Positions 41,722-54,416 of a stretch of DNA of 64,000 bases are shown in pieces (the stretch's first letter is position 1; each line of letters begins with the position of its first letter). The stretch covers positions 448,001 through 512,000 of the forward strand of contig CBDCKN010000015.1 in assembly GCA_965218295.1 (NCBI GenBank), in the 5' to 3' direction. Source of the DNA: Longimicrobiales bacterium (GTDB lineage Bacteria; Gemmatimonadota; Gemmatimonadetes; Longimicrobiales; Gaopeijiaceae). The translations under genes were made by a program, and so were the position numbers. The notes under the pieces are model-generated. The model searched no databases. It was not told where the DNA came from and saw only the letters and a list, made by a program, of their open reading frames with translations.

Positions 41722-44109
41722 TCATTCCAGTTTGTAACCATATTGGTTTGCTAGAATCAACTTCTGAGCTACTCCAGCTCTGAATCTATTGCTCGGATTC
41801 CTCAACCGGTCCTCTATCTCCTGTACCATTGATTCGGGTGTTCGTTCTGTAAAATACACCTCTGTTACTGCCTCGTTGAGAATCGAGCGTATGTTGATCG
41901 AATGCCCAGTTACATCACGTTTACCTGTGCCAATAGTATTCTTCAATTCCAAGGTCATGCGCCACTCTTGCTCATACTTCCAATAACTTGCTTTCTCAAG
42001 CAATATCGTGTGGAGATTACTTTCGTTCTTGAAAATGACGTGACCCGGACTGATAGGCGGTTCGTCAACGTACTTGACAGCACTCAACCTCTCAGATCCG
42101 GTGGGAATCCTTTTTAGTGAGGACACATCATATCCAATGACTATACCTGCACTTGAATCCGCATAGTGAGCCCAGAGTAGCGGATGAAGAGCGGAGGCAC
42201 TAAACGACATAACACCGAAGCGTCGCGACAATTGCTTTCTGAATAACTCGTTCCATGTCTGAGTTCCAAATCGCTGCCAGAATACTTGTACATCAAGGTT
42301 ATTCAATGAATGCTCCGGGACGATCCAATTGAGTGCCTCTACAATCTCTTCGATTTCTACATCATCACTTGGATACACGGCACTGCAACGAGCGGAACCT
42401 GTCAACGCCAGTGAGACACTCTTGGAAATCAATTAGAGAGCAATCTCCTGTGTAGTGAGGGATGGGGTGGGAGGATTGATCCAGACGGCCTCCGGGAGTG
42501 GTTTAGGCTTCGGCTCACCGGAGACGAAGCGCTCGGGATGAGCGGCCCATGCCTCACGGAGCACGGCCTTCCTGCAGGCGATGATCCGATCGGCGTGACC
42601 GAAGTGGACCTGTTCGGGGGTCAGCATCGAGATGCCGCCATGGCGGTGCTCGGCATTATACCAACGGAAGAACGAGCGACAGAAGGTCTTGGCTTGCCCC
42701 TGATCCCCGAACCGGCCGGGAAACGAGGGATGGTACTTCAAGGTCTTGAACTGAGCCTCGGAGAACGGATTGTCATCCGAGACCTGGGGTCGGCCCAACG
42801 AGCGGGTCACGCCGAGATCGGCGAGTAGTTGAGCCGTGCATTGGCTCGTCATCGGAGCCCCTCGATCGGAATGCAGGGTCAGGAGGTGGGGCTGGACGCC
42901 ATGCTTCAAGCAACTCTGCTGGATCAGCCGGCTGGCCAGGGCAGAGTTCTCCCGATCCGCCACCATCCATCCCACGACGTAGCGGCTGAAGATGTCCAGG
43001 ATCACGTAGAGGTAGAAGTAACTCCACTTCTTCGGCCCCAGCAGCCGGGTGATATCCCAGGACCAGACCTGGTTCGGGCCCCTCGCCATCAACTCGGGCT
43101 TCTGGTATTTGGGATGACTCCGCTGCGCTCGACGCTCCTGAACCGGCACCTGGGAAGCCAGAACGCGATACATCGTACGCTCGCTGCACAGGTAGACGTC
43201 CTCGTCGAGCAGCGTCGCCACCACCTCGGCTGGGGACCGGTCCACGAACCGCTCCGAACACAGGGTGTCGAAAATCTTGTCCCGCTCCCTCTCACTTAAG
43301 GCCCGGGCGGGGGTCGGGCGGGGCTGCTGATGCCCGGTCGATGCACTCCGACGACGGTAGAACGTGGCTCGCGGCACCCTGAGCGCATCGCACGCGGGCT
43401 TCACCCCTACGTGCTTGGCTAGCTCCTGGGTCGCCTTCATGAGTTCGTCCCGTCCTCGAGGCTCAATCCCAGCAGCCCTGCAACTTTTCCCTGGACGTCG
43501 ATGATCAAGTGCGCCTTCTGGAGCTCCTTCTCGAGGCGAGTGTTCTCGCGCTCCAGCTTGCGCACCTTCTCCTCCAGCGGATTGCGCTCGCGCTTACGGC
43601 CTCGTTTCTTCGACAGCGCTTTCAGGGACCCGCTATGCGCCGCCTTGCGCCATGTCGTCAGGTGCGACGAGTACAAGCCCTCCCGCCGTAGGAGTCGGCC
43701 AACCTCTCCGGGCTCCGTGCACCGGTCCGCTTCTTCGACGATCCGCAGCTTGTACGACGGAGCGAACCGCCGGCGCAGCGGCCTATCTACCACCTCCGAG
43801 TCCGCAGGAGCTGCCGCGCTTCGCTTACCGTCCCAGGTTGGTGGGGCTATTCCATTCTCTTTCATTCTCTCTCGGTGTCTCAGCATCCTCGGTTTCTCTG
43901 CCTTCGCCCTACTCTAATTCCTTAGCTGCTCCGTGTCTCACGTAAGTTGGCAGAGAGGGAGTAGCACACTCAAAAGGGTCGTTCAAGGCCGCCGGCTGGG
44001 TCGCACGCAGCGCTCCGTTTCCGTCTTCTGGCAAAACCTTTATGGCTCGCTCAGCCGGCAGATATTTGTAAAGCACCCTCGGTTCCGCCGTATCGCCACT
44101 ACTTTCCAT
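41722..44109 (-). pseudogene. DUF2971-family protein split by IS3 copy 2
   Basis: LYKY..LNDPFEC, then LLWAHYAD..GIVIGY, K..YWKYEQEWR. Removing the IS plus 2 bp restores an 819-nt frame. Confidence 0.85.
42393..43959 (-). mobile_element. IS3-family element, copy 2 (orfA 43437-43886, orfB 42433-43440)
   Basis: Reverse complement of 33500-35066. 2-bp TSD AG. Confidence 0.92.
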
Positions 44110-44439
44110 TGTCGAATACCTTGAATCTGGATTGTTCCAGACTATATGGCCGATCCTAATGGAGAATTGACATGGGACTGACCTTTGCCGAGCGTTTCCA
44201 ACGGCCAGCCTTGCGCACTGTTCCGGTACCGTAATCGTTTCAAGCTGCGATTCCGGTCACCGCTTGGTTGCCGATTGACCCCGCACCGCTGAATTCTTCA
44301 CCTCCTGTGCCGTCCTGACCTCCAACTCGACATAGTAACAGACAGCGTTGGAGTTCACTCCCAGCCGGATGGCTTTCTCCGCAGGGGACCGGGACGGCAC
44401 AATAAACTCTCGGAAGAGCCACACGGAAATCCCAGTCGC

Positions 44440-47400
44440 TCACTTAGCAGATACCGTGCCGGTCAGTTCATCGAGTAGCCAGGCGTCGGTGCTTGCCTCT
44501 TCGTAGGCATTGTCCAGCACGGGTCGAAGCGTGAGAAGCGCGCTGAGGCGATGGACCATGCCGCGCAAGTATGTGAGTTCACCAAGAGTCAAAGGAGATC
44601 CGTCCCGGCGCCGGGCGTCGCGGTAACCGAGCCACTTCTTTATCACTGGATAGCCACCCATTTCATAATGCCACACAGCCTGTGGGACGTGCCTCAGGAA
44701 AACCGCGTCGCTGAGATAGAGATCACCGGTGACCCCGCCCCACTCGGGATGCCTTGGCTCAGCGTCTGCCAGCATCCTTCGCTCCCACTTCCCCGCAGCA
44801 CTACCAAAATAGCTGTACTCGACAACAAGATCGGATTCCCTAATGCTGCCGCCCCCGACTCGACAGACAACCGCAACAGCCTTCATGTCGTCCCCGAGTA
44901 AGTTCTGCACAACCGGTCCGGCATTAAGCTGAGGGTCGAGCAAAGATGCGATCAGCTCCCCCAGCGCCGCGATCTCGTCGAATCGACCTGCGTCCTTGCA
45001 GATCGGGACATGCGGCCAATCTGCCGCCAGCGAATCCTTGTGGTCTGCCTCGTACTGTGGCGCATGGCTGATTGCGAGACAGTAGCGGAAGAGCATCCGG
45101 CACAGGCGTTTTGCATCTGGACCCGTCAGATCCCCCGTCATTTTCCAGGAGTCCCTTAGGACGGTCCAGGCACCTGCAGCTAGATTAGCTCTGCGCTTGA
45201 GGTCTGCAGGATCGGGCGTGAACAACCCTCCAATCCCTGTATCGGGATTAAGCTCGGCGGGAAATCCCACTGAACCCCAATCGTGCACATGCAGATCGAA
45301 GAGCCAGGAAAGGATGAGCGGTCGGCTTTCTGACACACGGCGGGCATTCGGAGCACCCACGAGAAATTCATTGTTCTTCAGATGATCACCGAGATCGGGC
45401 CGACTCCTGTTGAGAAACTTTGCCTCGCGCGAGCTAGGATCAAAGGGTGTGTAAAAAGAGAGGCGACGTACCTTTCCGCTGAGTAATAACCAGCGAACTC
45501 CGGGTGACAGCCCGGGGGAAAGGAACGACGCCTCGTGAGGAAGAATACGGTGGGACCCGAGGGTGAGTCCAGGACGCCCGTGTGGGAAGTTCTGGAAGAA
45601 GTGGTTCGGGAGAAGGCGCAGGAGTTCATTCAACAGATCTTGGAGGAGGAAGTCACGGAGTTGCTAGGGCGAGAGAAGTCAGAGCGCAGGAGGGTGGTGG
45701 ACGCGACCGAGGGCTACCGCAACGGATACGGCAAGCCGAGGCGGCTGGCGATGAGCTCGGGCACGATCACACTCCGACGCCCTCGAGTTCGAGGCCTTGA
45801 GGAGCGGTTCGAGAGCCGCGTGCTGCCGTTGTTCGCGAGGCGGACGAAGGAGCTGGGCGCTCTGCTTCCGGAGCTGTATCTGCACGGACTGGCGGAGGGA
45901 GACTTCGAGTTGGCGATGCGGGGCCTGCTGGGCGAGGGGGCACCGCTGTCGAAGTCTTCGATTCGGCGGCTGCGGGCGGGATGGACGGCGGAGTTCGAGG
46001 AATGGAGCCAGCGTCGCCTGGAGGGTCGTGAGGTCGTCTACGTGTGGGCGGACGGGATCTATGTGAAGGCAGGGCTGGAGCGGGACAAAGCGGCGCTGCT
46101 GGTGGTGCTGGGTGCCATGCGAGACGGGACGAAAGAGGTGTTGGCCCTGAGAGCGGGCTACCGAGAGTCGGTCGAGTCCTGGTCCGAGGTGTTGCGGGAC
46201 CTGAAGGCACGCGGCATCGAGGCGCCCCGGCTTCTGATGGCGGACGGTAACGCTGCGATCTGGGGCGCAGTACGGCAGGTATGGCCTGAGGCGGGTGAGC
46301 AACGGTGCTGGAACCACAAGATGAGGAACGTGCTGGACCGACTACCTCAGCGGGAGCAGGGCGAGGCGAAGGATCTTCTCCGGGCCGTGGTCTACGCACC
46401 GAGCCGGGCCGAGGCCCTGAAGGCCCGCGAGGTGTTCGCCCGACGCTATAGGCCGTGGTATCCGAAAGCAGTGGACGTACTCGAGGACGACTGGGAGCGG
46501 ATGGTAGCGTTCTACGACTTCCCCGAGGACCACTGGAAGCATCTACGCACGACGAACGTGGTCGAGAGCCCGTTCGCCGCGGTACGGCTCAGGACGACAG
46601 CAGCGAAGCGGTTCAAGCGGGTCGAGAGCGCTACGGCGCTAATCTGGAAGTTGCTCTTGGTGGCCGAGAAGCGGTTCCGAAGGCTCGACGCTCCTCACCT
46701 CCTCAAGGACGTATTTGAAGGAAGAAAGTTCGAAGACGGAAAGCCCGTCTCACACCAACAGCGGAAGAACGCCGCCTAATACGTTTACACACCTATTGAC
46801 CCAACCTCCCTCGCGCTCGTAGTAGATCCAGCGCGCATCACATGGAAATGCGACATAGGGCAACACTTTGTCCCTGTCGAACCTACTGTCAGTAAGCAGT
46901 GCCTTCCGCGTCTTCTGTGGGTAGTACTCCGCGCGTTTGGTGCACAGAATCGGATGACGCTTCTGCAATTCTTCGAAGCTGGACGTCGAAAAATAGTCGC
47001 GCATTCTCTCTTCAAGCGCCAAGCGATCCGTGTCGATCACACTGCCCTTAAGGCCACGATTGGGGTTCACGCCTTGAAAGGAAACAGGGAAGAGATCGTC
47101 AAACCCCGGCCACTCCTCGAAACCGCTGCCTCTTGCGGGCATCAAGCGCCAGCCTGTGGGGGCCGTGGGGACGAATTGCTCGTAGTGGCGTGGCCCGGCA
47201 GGTGTCCGGGCGTTCGCCGCGCTCTTCGCTCTCGACCACGAATCCAGATTCAACGACGCAACAAGGGCGTCCCTCTTATCGGTCGCACGGCCCCAGAAAT
47301 TGCGGAAACTGACCGTGGCAATTGTGTGCGTCTCCCTAGTGCGCGCATTGCGCTTCAGATAGGTCGTGATGCAGGTTCCGACTTGGATGCCGCGCGAGTC

Positions 47401-49377
47401 ATGTTCCGTGGTGAAGATGCTTTGATCCGATGTACCTTCACCCGGCAGCCCGGCTGGGATGACCTTGCCGGTCTTGTATTTGTCGCCGTTGAGGTTGTCA
47501 ACCCAAATGGCATCGAAACTGCGCAACAGGGACTCGCGCATCATTGGATGCGACCGCCCGGTCAGGAAAGATGAATTCGAGATGTAGGATACAACGCCAA
47601 ACTCTGCCCACTCGCCGATGCGGACCTCGGCAAGCCTCAAAAAGCGCACATACAGGTCGTCAAGCAGCTGCTTGCGAACGCCCCAACGAGTGAATAGTTC
47701 GGATGGGCCAATATGCTTGCCATCCCTGGTCCTCGTGACCCCCTTGTAGTGATCGACGAGCGCCGCTTCCTCTTCCAGCGGTACTCCAGCGAAGCGGTTG
47801 TACGGAGGATTGCCCAGCACAACGATGACCTTGGCATCGCGCTTGACGTCGTATGCCGCGTCATGCTCCTCTTGAAGCTCCGGGAAGTTCAGCTTCCGCT
47901 GATCTGACCCGTGCCAGCCCGTAAGAGCATTCGTCAGGAAGATTGCAGGTCGCTGGCTCGCGTCCGGCTCCGCGCCGGCTTCGGAGAGCAGGAGATACAG
48001 CTGCAGCTGCGCTACCACGAAAGGGGCGGTGAGGATCTCGAAGCCGATGAAGCGTCGACACATTGCATCGAGCAATTGCGCAGCCATCGTGGCCTGCGCG
48101 CCTTCGTCGGCAAGCTGCTTGGCCATGTGGCGCAGAACCTCGATGAGATAGGCGCCCGTGCCGCAGGCCGGATCGAGCACCACCACGCGCTCATCCGCAA
48201 ATCCTCGGCTGCAGCCAAGCTCATCGCGCAACAGGCGATCGATCTTGGAAACTTGGTAGCGGATGACATGGGTCGGAGTATACCACACGCCCAGCTCCTT
48301 CCGCAGATCCGGATCGAACGCCTCGAGGAAGGGCTCGTAGAAGTACATGATTGCCGTCGAACTTGCCTGCCTATCCTCGTCAAGCGTGGGCGGGCGGAAA
48401 CGTTTGAAGAATCTCTCGGGGTCGACACGTGCCAGCGTCTCGGTCCCGATATCCAGATGCTTTGCGAGGTGGAGCTCTTTGATACGCGACGGATGTCTAA
48501 ATTCGTGAAACAAGCCGGCCAAGAACGGAATCTTGAGGTACTCCGCCAAGTCCTCCCAGCGAAACGGCCGGTCGCGCTCACCCTGCCACCACAGCGCCCA
48601 ACCGGCGAAAAGGCCGTAGAAGGCTGTTTGTATCAGGGAAGAGCGCAGGAACTCCTCGCCCTCCGGGCCTTCAAATGTCACGCCCAGTGCATCGCTGAAG
48701 TCATCTAAGAGACCCTGGACGGCACGGGTGAATTTCGCCGGCAGGTCAGCCTTCGCATGCTTTGCCTGTCGCGCCAGAATGCGCGCGAGGGATTCCGGCT
48801 CGGCGATTGGCGCGTAGCGCGTCACAGCCGTTTCGACTAGTGCGACGAAGGCTGCGAGCGCCGCTGGACCGATCGGCTGCTTCTGCCTCAGCGCCGTCGC
48901 TGAGGGCCACAGGTCCACGACTTGCTCGATACGCCGCTCGCTGGGTGGTACCGGTCCGCTGCCGTCCCAGTCGGACTTGACAGTCACGAGGCCGAACGCA
49001 CGCACATTGGAGAGGAGCACGGCCCGCGTAGCAGCCAAGTAACGCCCGATCTGATCCTTGCCATCCGTCGACATGGCAAGCTCTTCAAGCTCCGTATCGG
49101 GAAGCTTGACCTCGCCGCAAACTGCGACGAACAAGCCACCAGCGTCATACAGGGCGATGTCCGGAAGATTGATACCGCCCCCCGGTTTTCGCTCGCTCGT
49201 ATTCACCCGCACGTCGAACGGCAGGGCTTCAACAGCGAGCGCTGCAGCGACGAGCCCCTTGATGGCGGGGTAGTAGCTGGCTTCTGTCGTCGACCCAGCC
49301 GTGGTCAGGGCGCTGACATCTCGTGCATAGGACTTGCCTGCCGTTACGAGTTTCGGCGACACCGCTGCGTTGACCAT
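44440..49377 (-). pseudogene. Single-chain RM enzyme (type IIG/ISP-like: nuclease, N6-MTase, C-terminal specificity domain) split by IS256
   Basis: PD..EVK, GVWYTP, LDPACGTG, GNPPY, and C-terminal VWHYEMGGYPVIKKWLGYR. Removing the IS plus TSD gives 3552 nt (1183 aa). Confidence 0.88.
45431..46808 (+). mobile_element. IS256-family element, intact copy (transposase 45535-46779)
   Basis: Both IRs present, 8-bp TSD CCTCGCGC, 414-aa DDE transposase. Confidence 0.96.
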
Positions 49378-49989
49378 CCACTCCCCTCCATAAGTATCTA
49401 CGTCCCTGCTGCGTCCGGCAGATGCCGCTGCACGCCGGTGGGGACACTCCCTGTCTCGGCGAGGAAGTCGCGCGAGTCTGCTACTCCGGTCGAAGACCGA
49501 GCCGCCGGAGAACACAGAGCCACCTCCGCGCTGGACCACGAGACCGGTATTACTACGGGTGTCACTGCGTCACGGCTAGTTCGAATCCCAGTCGGCCAGG
49601 TCGGGCACCTTGATGTCTCGGTGTATGCCCTGCAGCGAGGATGTCTTATTACCGCCCAGACGGGGTGGTTTTCCCGTTGACCAGCCGTGTTCCCGAACGC
49701 ACGATCAATACCCTCCGCAAGTTCGTACGGCAAAGCTCTCAGATCCCACTCGCCGTCTGCGTTCAGTTCTGTGTCGCCGTGGATCGTTGCTAACTCCACA
49801 TCCGTCCCTCGCCCCACCGCATTCCCGACTCTGCCCACCTCGAGCGGTCGTCCGGCACCCGCTCGACGCGCCGCTGGCGGAGCGGCCGGACACACTGCTC
49901 TCCCAATTAAATCCCAATAGTTCTACTAAGAACGTCGGTTAAATCCTACGGATTGACGTAGTTGCGCAAGTGCCTTCATCGTCCCTCGC

Positions 49990-50481
49990 ATGGAGATGCT
50001 GAAGGGGCTTTTCATGGCGCGAGTGGACGCGTTCCTCGAGCGCACGGGAGTGGCGCCGGCGACGCTTGGCCGCCAGGCGGTAGGCGATCCGAACCTGGTG
50101 CGTCAGCTACGCCATGGCCGCTCCCCGACGCTCGCGACGGCCGATCAGCTCCTGGCGTTCATGGAAGGCTTCGACGAGGCCGGTGTGGACCCTGTTTCCT
50201 CCCGGAGCGACCGGCTCCGGGATTCATCCCCGAGAGAACGGAGAGGCAGAGAGATGACGAGAACCATGGTGCAGGAAATGGAGGTGCCGATCCGCATCGT
50301 GCGGCTCCCGGCCGTGCAAGCTCGCACGGGGCTCGGGCGGAGCACGATCTACGTGCGGCTGGCCGAGGGTTCTTTCCCCAGACCCGTCCAGCTAGGCGCG
50401 CGCGCTGTCGGCTGGATCGAGTCGGAGGTGGACGAGTGGATCCGGCAGCAGATCGCGTTGAGCCGCGGCGAGGCCGAGTGA
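49990..50481 (+). CDS. AlpA-family regulator/excisionase with extra N-terminal HTH
   Basis: RLPAVQARTGLGRSTIY..GSFPRPVQLGARAVGWIESEVDEWI. Confidence 0.88.
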   Translation: MEMLKGLFMARVDAFLERTGVAPATLGRQAVGDPNLVRQLRHGRSPTLATADQLLAFMEGFDEAGVDPVSSRSDRLRDSSPRERRGREMTRTMVQEMEVPIRIVRLPAVQARTGLGRSTIYVRLAEGSFPRPVQLGARAVGWIESEVDEWIRQQIALSRGEAE

Positions 50482-50516
50482 TCGGCGCATCCCAGCGAGA
50501 GACCAAGGAGAAGACG

Positions 50517-50804
50517 ATGCAACCTTTCATAAGGACGGTACGAGCGGCGGCTTGGGCCGCGCTGTGGATGCTCATGCCCGGCCTGCTGTGGGCGCAGGGG
50601 ACGAGCCCGTGGGTGGAGGCGGTGAACGAGCTTCAGGCGCAGTTCACGGGTCCGATCGCGAGGGGGCTATCGCTGATCGCAATCGTGGTGGGCGGGCTGA
50701 TGTTCGCGTTCGGCGAGGGCGGGAGCAAGCGCACGCTGGCTGGGATCATCTTCGGTCTCGGGATGGCGATGGGCGCGGCGAACTTCCTGGCGTGGCTCTT
50801 CTGA
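50517..50804 (+). CDS. TrbC/VirB2 pilin
   Basis: Signal peptide, SPW, GPIARGLSLIAIVVGGLMFAFGEGG. Confidence 0.85.
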   Translation: MQPFIRTVRAAAWAALWMLMPGLLWAQGTSPWVEAVNELQAQFTGPIARGLSLIAIVVGGLMFAFGEGGSKRTLAGIIFGLGMAMGAANFLAWLF

Positions 50805-51106
50805 TGAGGGGTCTGAGGCGCTGGGCCGGCTATGCGGCGCTGAACCGTCCGCTCACGATCCTGGGCGTGGAGCGTAGGGGGTTCCTCCTGAGCGCGACGC
50901 TCGGGCTCGCGATGTGGAACGCGATGAACTCCCTGGTGACGGGCGGCGTCGTGTTCGCGGTGGGCTTTGGGGCCGGATGGCTCGCGGGCCGCAAAGACCC
51001 CGACATGCTTGGCGTGCTACGGGCCGGGACGCGCTACCCGTCACGCTTCGACCTGGGCAAGTGGGCCGAAGAGCCGTGGCATCTCGTGATCCGGAGCGGG
51101 CGATGA
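50804..51106 (+). CDS. VirB3/TrbD-like protein
   Basis: ALNRPLTILGVER, two TM segments, KDP. Position in operon. Confidence 0.8.
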   Translation: MRGLRRWAGYAALNRPLTILGVERRGFLLSATLGLAMWNAMNSLVTGGVVFAVGFGAGWLAGRKDPDMLGVLRAGTRYPSRFDLGKWAEEPWHLVIRSGR

Positions 51107-53546
51107 GGATCGCCGCGGAGCTCCGGGACCACGAGGCGGCCGGTTCGCTGGCCGAGGAGCTGCCCTACTGGGCTGGCTCGAGGACGGCCGCACCTGCCTG
51201 ACCCGCTCGGGCGAGCTGATCGCGGCCGGCCGGCTGGAGCCCGCGGTGGTGGATGGGCGTTCGCCCGAGCAGATCGACCGGGTGCTCGGCCGCTGGCAGC
51301 GGTTGCTCTCGGGTTTGGACGCCGACACGCGCCTCTACTTCTATCTACTCCGCCGGCCAAGTCCGCCCGAGGCCGCGGACGACGAGGGCTCCGGCATCGT
51401 AGCGGTGTCCCAGCAGAAGCGGAGTGCGTTTCTGGCCGGCCGCGTCCAGCAGCTCGAGGCCTACCTGGTCTGGTCGCACGATCCCCGTCTACGCACGGTG
51501 GCCGACGGGCCCAGAACAGGAAGCGCCTCCCGGCTCATGCAGTGGTGGCAGCGCCGCCGGGCGAGCGCGCCCACCTACCTCGGTTCCGAGATCGAGGCCG
51601 CCGCCGCCCGCTTTCGCGCGACGGTGGACGCGGGCCGGGCCCTCGTGGAGGAGCACACGCCGATCGAGATGCTCTCGCCCGCCGAAGCTTCGCGGCTTCT
51701 CTCCGAGCTCATCAACCGTCCGGGCACGATGTGGGCCGGAGCGACGGGGAGCGGCATGAACTGGCGGCTCGCGCTTTCGGAGCTCGAGGCGGAGCGCGGT
51801 CACCTGCGGCTCGACGGCGAGCCCGTGATCCTCTACTCGCTCCTCTCTCCGCCCGGCCAAGCCTACGCGAACCTGCTCCGGGACCTCTACTGCCTGGACG
51901 CGGCGATGACGGTGTCGCTCGAGTGGCGGGTCTGGGCGGTTGAGGCGGCCCGGCGCCGGATCCGTGGCGCGCAGCGGCACTACTTCGCGCGCCGTTACTC
52001 GATGATGGCCCATGTGCAGGAGACCGAGGGCACGGCCGCCGCGATGGTCGACTCGGCCGCGGCGACCGAGTCGGACCGGCTGGGCGAGGCGCTGGTCGAG
52101 CTGGAAGCGGACGGGGTGAGCTACGGGGAGGCCACGCTGACGGTGGCCCTCCACGGCGAGCTCGGACGGATCGAGCGGCTGGACGGCGACCTGCGTCGTC
52201 TCTTCGCCGCGCACGACGCGAAGGCGATCCGGGAGGGTTACGGCCAGCTTCCGGCGTGGTTCTCCCGGCTGCCGGCCCAACCGCGTGGGCGGCAGGTACG
52301 GAAGGTGTTCGTGTCGGCCGGCGTGGCGGCGTGCCTCGCGCCGCTCTTCGGTCCGCCCAGGGGGACGCCCCGGAGCCGTCACCTCGGTCGCGAGTCGCTC
52401 GCGGTCTTGGAGACCCCGTGGCGCACGGCGTACCACTACGATCTGTTTGCCGGTGACGTGGGCCACACGTTGATGCTCGGCGCGACCGGCTCGGGCAAGA
52501 GCTTCACACTGAACTTCCTCCTGGTCGAGGCGCTCAGGTACGACCCGCGCGTCCTGATCCTGGATCTGGGCGGCTCCTACCGCTGGCTCACCCGGTTCCT
52601 CGGGGGCCGCTACCTGGAGCTGTCGCCCGGCGAGGCGGAGCCGACGCTCCGGCTGCAGCCGTTCGCGCTCCCGGCGGGCACGCGGACGTTCCAGTTCCTG
52701 ACGGGCTGGGTGCTACGGCTACTGAAGCTCGGCGGTTGGGAGGCGAGCGGCGCGGACACGAGCGAGATCCGCTCGCGCATCGAGGACCTCTACGCGTTCG
52801 AGCCGGAGCGGCGGACGCTGAGCGTCCTGGCCAGCTCGCTTCCGTCCGCGACGTGGCCGGCATGGAGCCGTTGGACCCAAGGCGGCGCCTGGGGCGCCTA
52901 CTTCGACAACCCTGCCGGTGGGGCGCCGGACCTCGAGTTCGCCGACTGGCAGGTGATCGATCTGGCGGGTGCGGTCGAGCATCCGGATCTCTGCGACGCG
53001 GCGCTCTCCTACCTGCTCGAGCGGATGCGGCTCGAGGTGGAGGATCCGTCCGAGGCGGCGCGGCTGAAGCTGATGGTCGTGGACGAGGCCTGGCGCTACC
53101 TGCAGGACCCGGCCGTGCTGAACTACCTGGCCGAAGCGGCGAAGACGTGGAGGAAGAAGAACGCCGCGCTGATCCTGGCCACGCAGTCCGCCGTGGACGT
53201 GACCTCCACGCCGGGCGCTGCGGCGCTGCTCGAGTCGATCCCGACCAAGCTGTTCCTCGCCAACCCCGAGCTCCCCGACGAGGTCGGCGCGCTGTTCCGG
53301 CTGAACGACTCGGAGCTGGCCCAGGTCCGGGGCCTGATCCCCAAACGCGAGCTCTATCTGCGCCGCCCGGACGGGGCCGCCGTGCTCCGGCTCGACGTCG
53401 ATCCCCAGAGCTACTGGCTCTACACCTCGTCCGCATTGGACGCCGAGGAGAGGGCCCGGGCCGTCGAGCGCCACGGGCTCGCCCGCGCGATTGAGGTTCT
53501 CGCGAGCCGAGACGATCCCACCCCCACCCCCAACGCAAGGAGCTGA
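51103..53546 (+). CDS. VirB4/TrbE ATPase (1-nt frameshift near 51170, possibly an assembly error)
   Basis: GHTLMLGATGSGKS, VVDEAW, RKKNAALILATQS. N-terminus MRIAAE..LPYW is in another frame. Confidence 0.9.
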
Positions 53547-53552
53547 CACGCC

Positions 53553-54416
53553 ATGCGATCCCCGACTACACCCCTCGTTCTAACCGCCCTTCTCTTGGCT
53601 GCCCTCCCGGCCGGGGCCGCCGCGCAGCAGGAGGACGACCAAGCGTTCCTCCGGGTGCCGGTCCCGGAGGAGGGGGAGGACCGGATCCACCGGCTCCGCA
53701 CCCGGGTCCGCCACACGACGGTCATCGTGCTCCCCGCCGATGAGAACATCCTGGACTTCGTGGTCGGCGACTCGGAGTACTGGCACCTGACGGGCGCGGC
53801 GAACGTCGCGTTCCTGAAGCCTCTCGCTTCGGACGCGGCGACGAATATCGCGCTCGTATGCGAGTCGGGGCGGATCTACTCGTTCCTGGTGGCCGAGCAC
53901 AGCGACGGGCCACCCCATCTGGTCGTCCGCGTAGAGTCCGGAGCAGAGGCGGCGCGGCTCTCCGGCGGCAGCGGCCGTCCCGCGTTCGTCGCGCGTAGCG
54001 AGGTCGCGGCCTACCAACAGATGGCCGCCGAGGCGGCGGCGGCGGCGCGGAGTGCCCGGGAGGCGGCCGAGGCCGGCATCCTGGAAGCCCGGACTCAGGC
54101 CGAAACGGAGATCGAGGAGTTCCGTGCGTGCTATCCGGAGCGTCTCGCGTTCGAGTACCGGCTCGACGGGGACGCGGCGGAGCGGCCGTTCCTGGTCGAG
54201 GCGATGTGGCACGACGGGCAGTTCACCTACCTCCGGTCCCACGCCCAGGAGTCGCCGGCGCTCTATGAGCTCCGGGACGGCGAGCCGGCGCTCGTCGCTT
54301 ACGACCTGAGCAAGGACGGCCTCTACATCGCTCGACACGTGTTGGGCGACGGGTGGCTGCAGATCGGCGACAAGCGGGCCGCTTGGCGGTTCACGCCCAG
54401 GGACGGACTCAGATGA
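53553..54416 (+). CDS. TrbG/VirB9-like protein
   Basis: Signal peptide, TVIVLP, FLKP..TN, WHDGQFTY, PALY. Confidence 0.8.
   Translation: MRSPTTPLVLTALLLAALPAGAAAQQEDDQAFLRVPVPEEGEDRIHRLRTRVRHTTVIVLPADENILDFVVGDSEYWHLTGAANVAFLKPLASDAATNIALVCESGRIYSFLVAEHSDGPPHLVVRVESGAEAARLSGGSGRPAFVARSEVAAYQQMAAEAAAAARSAREAAEAGILEARTQAETEIEEFRACYPERLAFEYRLDGDAAERPFLVEAMWHDGQFTYLRSHAQESPALYELRDGEPALVAYDLSKDGLYIARHVLGDGWLQIGDKRAAWRFTPRDGLR

Noticed and set aside
44440..45633. 397-aa stand-alone ORF
   Set aside because: Chimera of antisense IS256 sequence and the RM enzyme C-terminus.
51160..51185. Programmed frameshift in virB4
   Set aside because: A single missing G in a G-run with no slippery heptamer. Similar indels occur across the window, so error or decay is more likely.
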